From an uncultured Phycisphaerales bacterium (lineage in GTDB: Bacteria; Planctomycetota; Phycisphaerae; Tepidisphaerales; Tepidisphaeraceae), in assembly GCA_963758525.1 (NCBI GenBank), contig CAVWVQ010000003.1:3744001-3808000 (forward strand): a DNA stretch of 64,000 bases, given 5' to 3'. Below are positions 29,437 through 39,815 of this stretch, in pieces. The notes under the pieces were generated by a model that saw nothing but the letters and a program-made list of their open reading frames with translations, did no database searches and was not told the origin of the DNA. The stretch's first letter is position 1. Every line of letters starts with the position of its first letter. The position numbers and the translations under genes were made by a program.

Positions 29437-32400
29437 CTACTTCGCGGCGGCAAACTCGCGCGAATGCATCATCGCGGCGGAAACGCTTCGATGCAGCAGA
29501 TCCGCTCCCAGCGAACCGTGCAGGCTGGCCAAATACTCGGCCGACTGGACCTCGGCCAGCGCTTCGCGGGCTCTGGCGAGCGTGCTGCGAACGTGCAGGC
29601 GCTCGGCTTCATGGGCGTAACCGGGGCGGAGCAGGAACGCCTCGAGCGCGTCGACGTGGCGCTGCCAGACGTTGGCGTCGATCCGTTGTTTGGCGGCAAG
29701 ACGCCGGGCATACCACTCGCTGGATAGCAGGTAGTCGCGGGTGAAAAGCTGGCGCACCTTTGGATGGTCCAACGGGAGATGTTCGAAGTGCCCGTCCCGC
29801 ATGATGTGCAGCAGCGCCGCCAGCGGGGGGCAGGCCCACGCGATGCTGCCGTCGTCGAAATAGGCGCGGGCGACGCGCTGCTGCGTGGCGAGAATGTTAT
29901 CCACGCCTTCGATGAACGTCGCCAGATCCTGGAGCTCGGGCCGGAGCATTTCGTCGGTGAAGACGACGTGCGGGTGATTGAATACCCGGCCGAAGTAGGT
30001 GTTCACAAATCGCCGCGTGATGCGGTAGCCGAGGCGGCTTGCGAGAACGGTTCGGCCGTCATGCTCGAAGTCGGCGCACTTTTCCAGATAGCCGTTGCGG
30101 ATCAGGAAAGCGGGCGATCTTTCCTGCACCGACATTCGGCACCAGATCTCCGGCACCAGCAGGCTCACATCATGATCAACGCGCACATGCGGCCCCACAT
30201 AGCCGGCGGCGGTGATGAAGACATCGGATTCACACAACACGTAGGAGACCAGCGCGTTGTTGAGATCGATGATGGGCGGAAGCGCGTTAAACGGGCCCTT
30301 GGTCAACGCCCCTTCCGAACCGGCGCCGGTGGTGGAGGGGCTCTTGCCGGTCATGGAGCAGATGATCTCCATGAACAGCTCGGGAAGGTCCATGTAGTGA
30401 ATCGGATTATGCACCGCCAGCGCGCGAATGCCGGCGGCAGGTTCCGGCGGATTGTTCCGCCGGCCCGGAAGCACCGCGCTGACGGGCGTGTGCGCGGGCT
30501 GATCGGGCGCGATGCGGCGATGAAGCCGCAGCGCGATGTCCGCCAGATAGGTTTCCCGCGGGTTGATCAGATCATTGCGTTTCTGCAGATAGCGCGGGTT
30601 CTTCGAGGGCTTACCATCCACAAGGCGCGGATATGCCGGTGAGAGGAAATACCCGCAGCCGGTGCCGGCGGCGCTTTCCCGGGCGACGGCGCGGATCAAT
30701 TGCCGCATCGGCTCGGTATATTCATCGAACCCGATCGAGTCCTCCATCAACTCGCGGGCCTTGCTGGCGGGGATCGGCTCGTAGTTTGAGAAGAAATGGC
30801 CCGACTCGGAAAAGTCCCTTTCCGTTCGCTTGTCGTACCCGCGATGGATCGCGTCGTCGGGGCGCTGAAACAGCAAGGTTTCGCAATTGGTGATGAACTT
30901 CACCGAGGCATTCAAATATTGCTTGTTAAGCCCTTCGAGCCGATTCGCTGACACCACGATCGAAGCGCTGATGTCGTCTTCCATTTGCAGCTTGACGGCG
31001 GGCTGAAAGTCCTTGCGCAGCCCGAAGGTTCGCCACGAGCCGTCATGGTCGTAGCCGACGCGAAGGTAATTGGTCACGAGCTTGCGATTGTCGCATTTCA
31101 GCTCGTTACCCGGTTTGCCGTTGATGATGTCGACGCTGAAATGCTCCTGCCAGTTGTCGTTCCACTCCGCTTTGTAGAAGCGTTTGACGACGAAGACAAG
31201 TTCCTTGATGTACTGCGGAATCGTCGCGAGCCACGCGTTGTATTCCGGGGTGTACTCCCGCGAATGGGGCGTCAGCAGTTGAATGACCGATCCCAGCGAA
31301 CGGGCGTTGCTGAGAATCGGCCGGCTCTTGTCCTTTCGCTTCTCAAGGTCCTTGAAACGATCCGCGTAGTCGCGCCGGATCAGCGCTGCCACGCGCTCAA
31401 AGTCGCTGTCAAAATCCGCGACGAAGACCGGGCCGGCGATGATCGCATCGGTGATCGGCTTGCTGATTTCCGATTTTCCGCCGCCGGAAACCGTGCACGG
31501 TTTGTGGCAAAACGTCGGCTCCGCCACGGTTCCGACCAGGCGCCAGGCTCTCCCGCCCGGCGGCTTCTCCATATGCACTTTGTAGCCGGAGGGCCGCACG
31601 TACGTCTTGCCGGGGAGCAGCCGCATCGACCTTTCGCAAGGCTTTCCCTCCGCGTCGGTCCAGGGCCAGCTCACCTTCTGGGCAAGCAGGTCGAAAGCCA
31701 CATTCTCCGAGACGTAGACGATGTCGCTGTACTTCTTGTCGGTCGCGTATCCGTCGAGATGCACGTCCATGCGCTGGGCGTAGGTCGAGATCATGTCCGC
31801 GTAGCTGTGATCCAGCCGGGGGACGTGCAGATGTCCGCTGAACTCCTCGCCCAGGTCATAGCTGGGATAGACCAGAGCGCCGCCGGCGTGTTCTTCTTCG
31901 CATGCGCCAAACAGATTCGCCGCGAAGCTGATCTGCGTCTTCACTTCCTTCTTGCAGTAGCCGTAATAGTTGTCCGCGATGACCGTGACGATGACGCCCG
32001 ATTCGTCGCGGGCCGTGATCTTGAACGCATTGCCGCCGTTATAAAGCTCGGCTTCGTTCTTCCAGCACATGCCGTCGCGGCGCTGACGCTCGGTTGCGTC
32101 ATCAAAATGCGGCAGACCCACCGACTTTTTCGTCAGCTTCGTCAGATGCGGCGCGAGAATGACACAACCCGTATGGCCCGTCCAATGCCGCACGTCCAGC
32201 GCCGCGTCGTTCTCCGGCAGATACGGATCGCCCGCGTTACCGAAGATGCTTTCCACGAAATCAAGATTGCTCACCAGTGCGCCGGGGGCGAAGAAGCGGA
32301 TCTCCATTGCCTTCTGGGAGGTGACGCCCGGCACCTTCGGACAGACGATCGGACGCAGCAGAAGCGACACGAAACAGGCCGCCTCCTGCGGCTGGCCCTG

Positions 32401-32973
32401 CGTGAACGGCAAGCGCATGTTTTCCGCCGGCGGCTTGAGCGCCGCGGCGAGCAGCCGGGCAAACGTCTCCTTCGGCACGGCTTCCTTGTCATCGGGAATC
32501 GGCAGCCCTCCCTCGGCCACATGGAAAATTCCCTTCGTCGTCCGGCGGTCGCTCTTGGGATTGTGCAAAACTCCCTGCTTCACGCGATACGAATGCACAA
32601 TCTCAGAAACGAATTCATCCCCCTTCGGCGGCAGCGACAGCGCCCGCGCTCTGCCCGCGCGGTCGAGCACAAACGTGATGCCCGGGAGCTTGATCGATCC
32701 GCCGGCGGGGCCTTCCGGCTCGATCCTGACACCGGCCAGGTAGCGATCCAAAAACGCCTGGATACGCTGATCGGCAGGGCAGAGATAGTTCGTGAGCAGA
32801 CGCATGGTCTCGCGAAAATGCGAGAGAAACGCGCCGGCCACATCGTGAAAATCAGCGTCGCCCTCAGTCCCGACCGTCGGGAGGCTCAGGGCCGCGAGTT
32901 TCAGATTGATATATTTGACAATAGTGCGCTGCTCAGCGGCCAAAGCCGCTGCGGGACCGTCTAAAGAACTCAT
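29437..32973 (-). CDS. PPi-dependent phosphoenolpyruvate carboxykinase (1178 aa)
   Basis: HNPKSDRRTTKG, NYYGYCKKE, EEEHAGGA, CTVSGGGKSEISK, TGKSPSTTGAGSEGALTK. Confidence 0.87.
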   Translation of the reverse strand: MSSLDGPAAALAAEQRTIVKYINLKLAALSLPTVGTEGDADFHDVAGAFLSHFRETMRLLTNYLCPADQRIQAFLDRYLAGVRIEPEGPAGGSIKLPGITFVLDRAGRARALSLPPKGDEFVSEIVHSYRVKQGVLHNPKSDRRTTKGIFHVAEGGLPIPDDKEAVPKETFARLLAAALKPPAENMRLPFTQGQPQEAACFVSLLLRPIVCPKVPGVTSQKAMEIRFFAPGALVSNLDFVESIFGNAGDPYLPENDAALDVRHWTGHTGCVILAPHLTKLTKKSVGLPHFDDATERQRRDGMCWKNEAELYNGGNAFKITARDESGVIVTVIADNYYGYCKKEVKTQISFAANLFGACEEEHAGGALVYPSYDLGEEFSGHLHVPRLDHSYADMISTYAQRMDVHLDGYATDKKYSDIVYVSENVAFDLLAQKVSWPWTDAEGKPCERSMRLLPGKTYVRPSGYKVHMEKPPGGRAWRLVGTVAEPTFCHKPCTVSGGGKSEISKPITDAIIAGPVFVADFDSDFERVAALIRRDYADRFKDLEKRKDKSRPILSNARSLGSVIQLLTPHSREYTPEYNAWLATIPQYIKELVFVVKRFYKAEWNDNWQEHFSVDIINGKPGNELKCDNRKLVTNYLRVGYDHDGSWRTFGLRKDFQPAVKLQMEDDISASIVVSANRLEGLNKQYLNASVKFITNCETLLFQRPDDAIHRGYDKRTERDFSESGHFFSNYEPIPASKARELMEDSIGFDEYTEPMRQLIRAVARESAAGTGCGYFLSPAYPRLVDGKPSKNPRYLQKRNDLINPRETYLADIALRLHRRIAPDQPAHTPVSAVLPGRRNNPPEPAAGIRALAVHNPIHYMDLPELFMEIICSMTGKSPSTTGAGSEGALTKGPFNALPPIIDLNNALVSYVLCESDVFITAAGYVGPHVRVDHDVSLLVPEIWCRMSVQERSPAFLIRNGYLEKCADFEHDGRTVLASRLGYRITRRFVNTYFGRVFNHPHVVFTDEMLRPELQDLATFIEGVDNILATQQRVARAYFDDGSIAWACPPLAALLHIMRDGHFEHLPLDHPKVRQLFTRDYLLSSEWYARRLAAKQRIDANVWQRHVDALEAFLLRPGYAHEAERLHVRSTLARAREALAEVQSAEYLASLHGSLGADLLHRSVSAAMMHSREFAAAK

Positions 32974-33096
32974 TGCGACGTTCGGTCCTTTCCGAAAGAG
33001 GAGCGCGGGTTGTAAAGATAGCGACCCGCGGCTCTCGAATCAAAACGAATCTGCAATTCAACAGCGAAAAAGGGGTTGCGCCCACGTATCCCTGCT

Positions 33097-33246
33097 GCGT
33101 GCGCAGCACTCGGAATCCTTTAGCCGCCTCGCTCGCGAGGCGTGTCCAACGGAGCAATTGTTCAAGACCGCGCCCAGCTGAGCATCCGCGCCGCTGGACG
33201 CACCTCGCAAGCGAGGCGGCTAAACGATTCTGAGTGCTGCGCACGC
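33097..33246. repeat. 150-bp element with ~58-bp imperfect terminal inverted repeats (MITE/REP-like)
   Basis: gcgtgcgcagcactcggaatcctttagccgcctcgc ... gcgaggcggctaaacgattctgagtgctgcgcacgc. Confidence 0.8.
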
Positions 33247-33281
33247 GGGACGCAACAAATGCCCACGAGCAACCCCTTCGA

Positions 33282-34427
33282 TCATCCCCGGATAATCTGC
33301 GCCATCGCATCCGCGAGCTTTTCCGGCGTGCAGGAAAGAATGTCCATCCCGACTTTTCGGCACTTGGAGGCGGTGGTCTTGTTGTATTCGGGACGAGCGG
33401 AGTAGCCGAGCGCGCCGAGGCCGATCATTCGAACGCCCGACTGGGCCATGTCGCGCACCTGGCTGACCAGATCGCGCTCCGAGCGCCCTTCGTAGAAATC
33501 GGTGATCAAAACGACGATCGTCCGGCCGGGCTGCGCGACCAGTTGATTCGCGTAATGGAGTGCTTTGGCGATATCCGTCCCGCCGCCGAGTTGGATCGAG
33601 AGCAGCACATCGACGGGCTGGCCGACCTTGTCGCTGAGATCGGCGATGTCGGTGTCGAAGAGGAACAGGCTCGTGCGCACCGACGGAAGCTCAGCGAAGA
33701 TGGACGCCATGACGGCAGAGAAAATCGCCGAGTCGAGCATCGAGCCGGATTGATCGACGGCGACGATGATGTGCCAGGGCCGGCTCCTGCGCTCGGCGGC
33801 ATGGAAGTAGAGGCGGTTGACCAGCAGCTTGGCGGACTCGGCATCATAGTTGTGCAGATTGCGGCGAATCGTCCGGCCCAGATCGAGGTTGCGATACACC
33901 CGCCGGGGCGAATGCTTGTCGCGCCGGATCGCGCCCGTGATGGCCGGCTCAATCTGCACTTTCAGCTTCTGCTTCAACTCCTGCACGACCTTGTCGATGA
34001 TCTTGCGCGCCAGGGAGCGCGTCTGCTCGTTGAGCAGATCGCGATGCGTCAGCAGTGTCTTGACCAATTCCTGGTTCGGCTCGATCCGCTCCAGCAATTC
34101 GGGCTTCTGCATCAGCTCGCGCAGGCCTTTGCGATTGACCAGCTCGCGCTCCATCACCTCTTTGGCTTCGCGGGGAAACAGCTCGCCAACCTCGTCCACC
34201 CAGCGCGGGACGTTCATCGCGTGGCCCGGGCCGGAGCCGCCGGTTCTGTCCCCGTGCTTCGGCTTCGCGCCGGCAGAGTCTTCGAAGAGGAAGCCGACGA
34301 GCGCTTCGATCCGCGCGGCTTGTTCGTCGTCGCCGGCGATCGAGACCCCGTGCTGGTCCGCGGCCTTCCCCAGGACCAGCCGCCAGCGGGTCAGCGTTTT
34401 GCGTTGTTGTTGAGTGAGATCTGCCAT
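33282..34427 (-). CDS. VWA/CoxE-like protein (YehP-like)
   Basis: RWRLVLG, MIDAS DQSGSM, LGGGTDI, ITDFYEG. Confidence 0.88.
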   Translation of the reverse strand: MADLTQQQRKTLTRWRLVLGKAADQHGVSIAGDDEQAARIEALVGFLFEDSAGAKPKHGDRTGGSGPGHAMNVPRWVDEVGELFPREAKEVMERELVNRKGLRELMQKPELLERIEPNQELVKTLLTHRDLLNEQTRSLARKIIDKVVQELKQKLKVQIEPAITGAIRRDKHSPRRVYRNLDLGRTIRRNLHNYDAESAKLLVNRLYFHAAERRSRPWHIIVAVDQSGSMLDSAIFSAVMASIFAELPSVRTSLFLFDTDIADLSDKVGQPVDVLLSIQLGGGTDIAKALHYANQLVAQPGRTIVVLITDFYEGRSERDLVSQVRDMAQSGVRMIGLGALGYSARPEYNKTTASKCRKVGMDILSCTPEKLADAMAQIIRG

Positions 34428-34439
34428 GGTGGGACCGAA

Positions 34440-36956
34440 TCAATTTTTGTCGCTGATCCATTTCTCCAGGATCGCCGCGACCTCGGTATCGAGTTGAGCC
34501 ATCAACCGGGCGGCGCCCACGCTGATCGTGAGGGTGCGGAGCGATTCACTTTCCTTCAGACCATACAGTTCCGCCACGTGCGACGCGACGCCGTCGCGCT
34601 GGCGCTCGTGCAGCGTCTCAAACGCCGCGCGGAGGCGCGGCACCATGTTGAGAAACGTTTCTCCGTCCGCGTTTTGCAGCAGTTCGTCGATCGCGGCAAC
34701 GAGCGCCGTCGCCCCCAGCAGGATCGCGGTCTTGGAGACGCGGAGCACGCCGTGCAGGAAATCGCCCGCGACCACCTGCTGATCGATGCCGCCCCGCGCG
34801 TACGCGCTCAGTTCCGCGGCGAGCGCCTCGGGCTTCATTCGCCGCATCTCTGTCAGAACGCCGAGAAACGCGCCGCGCAGGAATGGCATCGTCGAGTCCT
34901 TCGCGGCCCGATCGACGTGCGCTGCAAACAGGTCGGCATCCAGGTCCTGGCGTTGGACCACGGGCTCGGCCAGCGCCAACAGCCCGTGAATGACGTTGTC
35001 CCATTCCTCGGGCGGCACCGACGCGACTTGCGAGACCGCAAAGCACGCCCGATCGAAGCAGCGCGCGATCAGATCCGCGAGCCGTTGCTTTCCCATCCCG
35101 CGAAGCGCCGCATACCGCTCCAGCAGCATCAGCGACGTGAGCGCGTCAGTGAGCGAATGGAATCGATCATCATGGTCGATGGCATGCCCGGTGGCTTGCT
35201 CGGCCTGCGCGACAAGCGTCGGAAGATCCATGTCGATTGCCTGCACGAGCCGCCGGCATGCGGGGCCGGCTTCGAAGCTGTTTGCGCCGAGGCCTTCCCG
35301 CAGCAGCGTCATCGCCGCGACTTCCACGGTGTCGCCATGCAGGCTGCGCTCGATGAGCGACGCTCCGATCTTCGGACTCCACCGCAATTTCCAATGCTCC
35401 TTGAAGATCGACTGCCCGAAGGGGGACGTTTCGCGCTGCAGCGTGCCGATCTCGACGCCCAAAAAAATCAGGCGATGGAGGAATGCGGAGCGCGCCGCAT
35501 CGTTTGGCTGTCGCTTGTCGAGCGCATAAGTCTGCACTTTCTCGCGGGCGGCGACTTCCTCCAGATCGAGCCTGGCGAGTTGTTCGTAGAAGTCGTTGAT
35601 GATCGGAAGTCGGCCGATCCGGTCCGTCACCCGGCCGAGGCGCGTGCCGATGTTCACTTCGTCGATGGCATCCAGCAGGTTGCCCGCGTCGGTCTTCGGA
35701 TTTCCCTTGCAGCAGCAGGTGATCAGGGCATCGTGGATGTCATCCAGCACCGGGTGCTGCCGCCCGCGCAGGCGGGCGAGCATGAGCGCGTTCTGCGTCG
35801 CGGAGATGGCATCGGCTGAAGAGAAGAGCTCGCCGCGCCGGCGCGACTCCTTCAGGCAATCGATGACGTAATCGATCACCACCTGATCCTGCCCGATCCC
35901 TGCCGAATGGCTCTCGTAACACATCTCGTAAAAACGGGGCGCGCGGTTCCCGGCCCCATAGCCCGACAGCTCCGAAATCCGGAAGTATGAGTACGGCGCG
36001 ACGGTCACGCTCAGCGTTCCCTGCGGGATCGGCGGCGGAGGCTGGGGATCATTCCGATCGAGAAAAATGTGAAAGCCGCCGCAAACAACCATCGCCTCGG
36101 AAGGTTGAATGTTCAGATTGTCGAGCGTCTGGCGGATGGTTTTCCACATGAACCGCTCGCGGGCGAGAGTACCGTCGAACTGCAACGAGTCCGCCGGCGT
36201 GGTGGCGCGAACCGCCGCGCAGAACAGCGCAACATCGCGGCGCATGGTTTCGTAAGACTCGTCGGGCCGCGGGGTTTCAAAGAGTCTGTCCCATGTCTCG
36301 TTCCAGCTTCGATAGCCGGCGGTTTTCGCAAGCACCTGGTAGAACGTGCTGCGCGGGGCGATTTCATCGAGATCGCGCCGCTGCGCCGGCTGCGGTTGAT
36401 CGACGCCAGGGGAGGGCGGTCTTCCGATCGCATAATGGGGCAGGTCCATGAAAACGCTTTGGGCGCCGATCTCCCTGGCCGTGAGCATCGCGACGTATTC
36501 GGGCGAGTAGCTGACCAGCGGATACCAGACCGAATAGCGGGGGACCGGGATCGATGGACCCGCAACTGGTGCGCTTGCGGCGGTGTCGTCGCGGAAGCTG
36601 GAATAAATTGCCACCGGCGGGCGAGTCTTGGAATCGATGAGAAACTCGATCATCTCCTGCGCTTCGTGCGGCCCTTCGATGAACACGATCCGCGGCTTGC
36701 GCTGGCGGATCGCCTGGGCAATGTGCCGGGCGATGGCGGGGGAGTGATGCCGGACCGGAAACCAATAGAGCGGCTCGTTGAGAATCGTGTCCACGCTCGC
36801 GACCAGCGCGTCGACATCGAGTATCGCAGCGCGGGCGGCGTCAAGAACCTCGGAGGCAACTTCCGGGTTTGCGGGTGGCGCACCCATTTCCTCTCCCGGT
36901 ATGCCGCGGGAGGGCTGGGGTGGGGGCGTTTTCTGCTGTTGAAAAAGCTTGCTCAT
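34440..36956 (-). CDS. DUF5682 / YehM-like protein (start uncertain, 5' end overlaps a REP)
   Basis: PVRHHSP, IEGP, SPEYVA, RERFM, VCGGFH, GYGAG. Confidence 0.82.
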   Translation of the reverse strand: MSKLFQQQKTPPPQPSRGIPGEEMGAPPANPEVASEVLDAARAAILDVDALVASVDTILNEPLYWFPVRHHSPAIARHIAQAIRQRKPRIVFIEGPHEAQEMIEFLIDSKTRPPVAIYSSFRDDTAASAPVAGPSIPVPRYSVWYPLVSYSPEYVAMLTAREIGAQSVFMDLPHYAIGRPPSPGVDQPQPAQRRDLDEIAPRSTFYQVLAKTAGYRSWNETWDRLFETPRPDESYETMRRDVALFCAAVRATTPADSLQFDGTLARERFMWKTIRQTLDNLNIQPSEAMVVCGGFHIFLDRNDPQPPPPIPQGTLSVTVAPYSYFRISELSGYGAGNRAPRFYEMCYESHSAGIGQDQVVIDYVIDCLKESRRRGELFSSADAISATQNALMLARLRGRQHPVLDDIHDALITCCCKGNPKTDAGNLLDAIDEVNIGTRLGRVTDRIGRLPIINDFYEQLARLDLEEVAAREKVQTYALDKRQPNDAARSAFLHRLIFLGVEIGTLQRETSPFGQSIFKEHWKLRWSPKIGASLIERSLHGDTVEVAAMTLLREGLGANSFEAGPACRRLVQAIDMDLPTLVAQAEQATGHAIDHDDRFHSLTDALTSLMLLERYAALRGMGKQRLADLIARCFDRACFAVSQVASVPPEEWDNVIHGLLALAEPVVQRQDLDADLFAAHVDRAAKDSTMPFLRGAFLGVLTEMRRMKPEALAAELSAYARGGIDQQVVAGDFLHGVLRVSKTAILLGATALVAAIDELLQNADGETFLNMVPRLRAAFETLHERQRDGVASHVAELYGLKESESLRTLTISVGAARLMAQLDTEVAAILEKWISDKN

Positions 36957-37015
36957 TTCATAAGAGGACCCTCACTCCACCCTCTCCCGGTACTCCGGGA
37001 GAGGGTGGAATGATT

Positions 37016-38182
37016 TCACTTCAGGGACTTTTGTGCCTCGTCGTGGAATGACTGCCAGTGTTTATCCGACATCCCGCGTTTCCTGGCGACGATCGCAACA
37101 TATTCCTTGAGCGCGGCCAGATCCTGCGGGTCTTCCTTCACGATCGATCCGATCAGATTTCGCGCGATCGATCCTCCCGAGACTTTCCCGTCCCCGAAGA
37201 AACGGCTGTGGAGTGCGGCATCGACGGCGGTGCCGATCGCTTCCGCGGTGGAAAGAGTGGTGCCGGGGGATTTGACGCTGATGCCCTCCGCGGTTTTGCC
37301 GTCGCGCAGCTCGCGGAACGCGGTGGCAAGAAGATCGAGGATCGCCGGCTCGATTGTTGTGGGAATGTCATAACGCGAAAGAAGGTCCGCCGTCCGCTGA
37401 CGCACGATCTCGATTTCCGTCTTCTTGTCGGCGACGATCGGAATGTGGACGTAGTTAAACCGGCGTTTGAGGGCGGCTGAAAGATCATTAACGCCCTGAT
37501 CGCGGGAATTGGCAGTGGCGATGATATTGAAGCCCGGCCTGGCGAAGATGGTATTCGCATCCGGCAGTTCCGGAATTGCGATGTTCTTGTCCGACATGAT
37601 TGAGACAAGGGCGTCCTGCACGTCGGGCACGCAGCGCGTGATTTCCTCAAAGCGAAGCAGCCCGCCGCACCGCATGGCGACCATCGTCGGCGAGGGTATC
37701 AGATTGTTGGGCGTGGGACCTTCGGCGATGACGCGCGCGATATTCCAGGAATACTTGATGTGCTCCTCAGTGGTGCCTGCCGTACCCTGAATAACCAGCG
37801 TGGAGTTGCCGGCTATCGCGGCGGCGAGATGTTCGCTGAGCCAGCTTTTGCCGGTGCCGGGGTCGCCCACCAGCAGGAGCGAGCGCTCGGAGGCAAGCGT
37901 GACGATCGCCCGCTCGACAATGGCGGTATCACCATAGAATTTGCGCGTGATATCGACTTTCTTCTTCTTGCCGTCGATCGTCGCTTCCAGCGTCTTGCCG
38001 CCGAGGATGTAGGCCAAAACGGAACGTGGCGCAAGTTTCCAGGATGACGGAGGCTTGTCCCCCTCGTTTTGACGCAGCGCCTCGAGCTCATCGGCATAAG
38101 TGACTTCCGCCGGCAAGCGCAGCACATCGCTCTCCGCGGCGTGATGTTCCTTTTCCAAAGTCGGCTCCGTTTTCTTCGCCAT
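37016..38182 (-). CDS. MoxR-family AAA+ ATPase (YehL-like)
   Basis: GDPGTGKSWLSEHL, FEEITRC, ATANSRDQGVNDLSAALKRRFN. Confidence 0.9.
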   Translation of the reverse strand: MAKKTEPTLEKEHHAAESDVLRLPAEVTYADELEALRQNEGDKPPSSWKLAPRSVLAYILGGKTLEATIDGKKKKVDITRKFYGDTAIVERAIVTLASERSLLLVGDPGTGKSWLSEHLAAAIAGNSTLVIQGTAGTTEEHIKYSWNIARVIAEGPTPNNLIPSPTMVAMRCGGLLRFEEITRCVPDVQDALVSIMSDKNIAIPELPDANTIFARPGFNIIATANSRDQGVNDLSAALKRRFNYVHIPIVADKKTEIEIVRQRTADLLSRYDIPTTIEPAILDLLATAFRELRDGKTAEGISVKSPGTTLSTAEAIGTAVDAALHSRFFGDGKVSGGSIARNLIGSIVKEDPQDLAALKEYVAIVARKRGMSDKHWQSFHDEAQKSLK

Positions 38183-38251
38183 ATATCACTCCCATTCCTT
38201 ACCCTTCGTGCCTCCGTGCCTCCGTGCCTTCGTGCTTTCGTGCCTTCCCGG

Positions 38252-39361
38252 CTAAGTAAACTTCATCGCCTTTACCAGCTCCGCCTGACTGATTTTGTCG
38301 GCTGAGACGGTCAGATACTCCGGCCCGTCTTTGCCAAGCGCCGTCAGCGGCTGCAATAGCAGCTTGCAGGATTCGTAGTGTACGACGCCGTAGATCGGCG
38401 GCCTCTTCTTTTGTGCCGCCAGCTTTCCCATCACGGCATGCAACGGCGTGCCCGACGGACCGCGATCGAGCCGCGCCTCGAATTGCAAGGTTTGCGTGCT
38501 GAGTGGCAGGAGGTCGTAGCCTTCCTCTGAAGATGTTCGCTCGCCCGCCTGCCATTGGTCGACGAAGACTTCCTCCTGCAATTCGATCTCCAGATCCAGC
38601 GGCGTCGGGCGATGCTGCTCCAGCCGCGCCGACGCCGCCCGTGGATCCCAGTGCCACAGCGATTGCCAGTCCGTGAACGCGCTTGCCGTCTTCATCTCGC
38701 TGGCATCACCGAGGATCAGGCGAGTGACGCCGGGGGGCTGACGATGAATCGAACAGCGGCTGATTTCCACCGCTTTCTTCTCGAGCAGAAGCGATGGCTT
38801 GAATTTCTGCTTCTGCGGCAAATGCAAAAACGCCTCGGCGGGTAATTCGAGATCCTTTCGCATCGGAAAGACACAAGACCAGATGATCGCCTCGCCGGCT
38901 TCCACGGGCGCCGACGCTTCGATCGCGCGGAGACGGAAATCAAAGCTCGCAAACGCCCCCGGCACCACGCGCTTGGCAACGCCAAGCGTAACAACCTTCA
39001 GGCTCTGCACCGGCTGCGTCGGCGGAGTCGACATGAGAGCATCGAACGCGGCATTGTCGTTTGAATCGATCGCGCGGCGCATGCTCGTCGCCAGCAGCCA
39101 TGCTCGGCCGAGAAGAAACGCGAGGCGCCGCGAAGAGAATTGGGCCGATCCGGCGGTAAACCGCGAAATCTCCTCGTTGGCGATGCGAAGCGTCGAGCCC
39201 AGCCGGAGCAGACGCATGCGCGACGCCTCCTTGAAGCTCACGTCGATACGCTCGACCGTGGATTTGGAAGCCGCCGTGAGCCCGGCCAGCAGCAACTCCT
39301 CGACCGTGCCGCACAGTTCATCGAGAAGGGAGATGAGTTGTTTCTGTTCGGCTTGCTGCAT
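38252..39361 (-). CDS. Hypothetical protein (369 aa) in the Ku/ligase/MoxR operon
   Basis: Long co-oriented ORF, normal codon usage; helical N-terminus. Confidence 0.75.
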   Translation of the reverse strand: MQQAEQKQLISLLDELCGTVEELLLAGLTAASKSTVERIDVSFKEASRMRLLRLGSTLRIANEEISRFTAGSAQFSSRRLAFLLGRAWLLATSMRRAIDSNDNAAFDALMSTPPTQPVQSLKVVTLGVAKRVVPGAFASFDFRLRAIEASAPVEAGEAIIWSCVFPMRKDLELPAEAFLHLPQKQKFKPSLLLEKKAVEISRCSIHRQPPGVTRLILGDASEMKTASAFTDWQSLWHWDPRAASARLEQHRPTPLDLEIELQEEVFVDQWQAGERTSSEEGYDLLPLSTQTLQFEARLDRGPSGTPLHAVMGKLAAQKKRPPIYGVVHYESCKLLLQPLTALGKDGPEYLTVSADKISQAELVKAMKFT

Positions 39362-39453
39362 GTGTCCGCGATCCGTCAGAGTGTGAGTCTGGGGCGGGAT
39401 TCATCCCGCCGCATTCTCTGCTTCCCAAGACAATTGGCGGGATAAATCCCGCC

Positions 39454-39814
39454 CTACTCATCTTCAGTTGATTCGGGACTTTCTTCCCGATCGAGCAGTG
39501 CCACGGTCGTCTTGAGATGGGTGCCAACGACTCTCAGCGTGAGAAGTCGTTCCAGAAGGCGCACGGAAATCTGTGCTTCCAGCAGTTTGCGCGCGGACGC
39601 CCGTTCGTCCTTCTCGATTTGTGAATGCAGGGCCGACAGAATCGACGCCACATGTCCCGCGCCGGCTTGTTCCAGATATTCGGTAAATGACTGCAATTGC
39701 GACAGTTCATCCGGCCCGCAGGCGCAGGCCGCGAACGACAAGTGTTTCCAGCAGCGATCGCAGTCGTTCGATGCCGACGCGGAGTTCATCGAATTCGGAT
39801 GCACCAGTCACCAT
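39454..39814 (-). CDS. Small helical hypothetical protein; frameshift near 39722
   Basis: ATG 39814 gives MVTGASEFDELRVGIERLRSLLETLVVRGLR, which joins ACGPDELSQLQ... if a CG is restored. Confidence 0.65.
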
Positions 39815-39815
39815 G

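Noticed and set aside
33234..35819. Long plus-strand ORFs (861 aa here; also 30985..32964, 11649..13229, 48304..49872)
   Set aside because: Antisense shadows of recognisable minus-strand genes in high-GC DNA; no motifs
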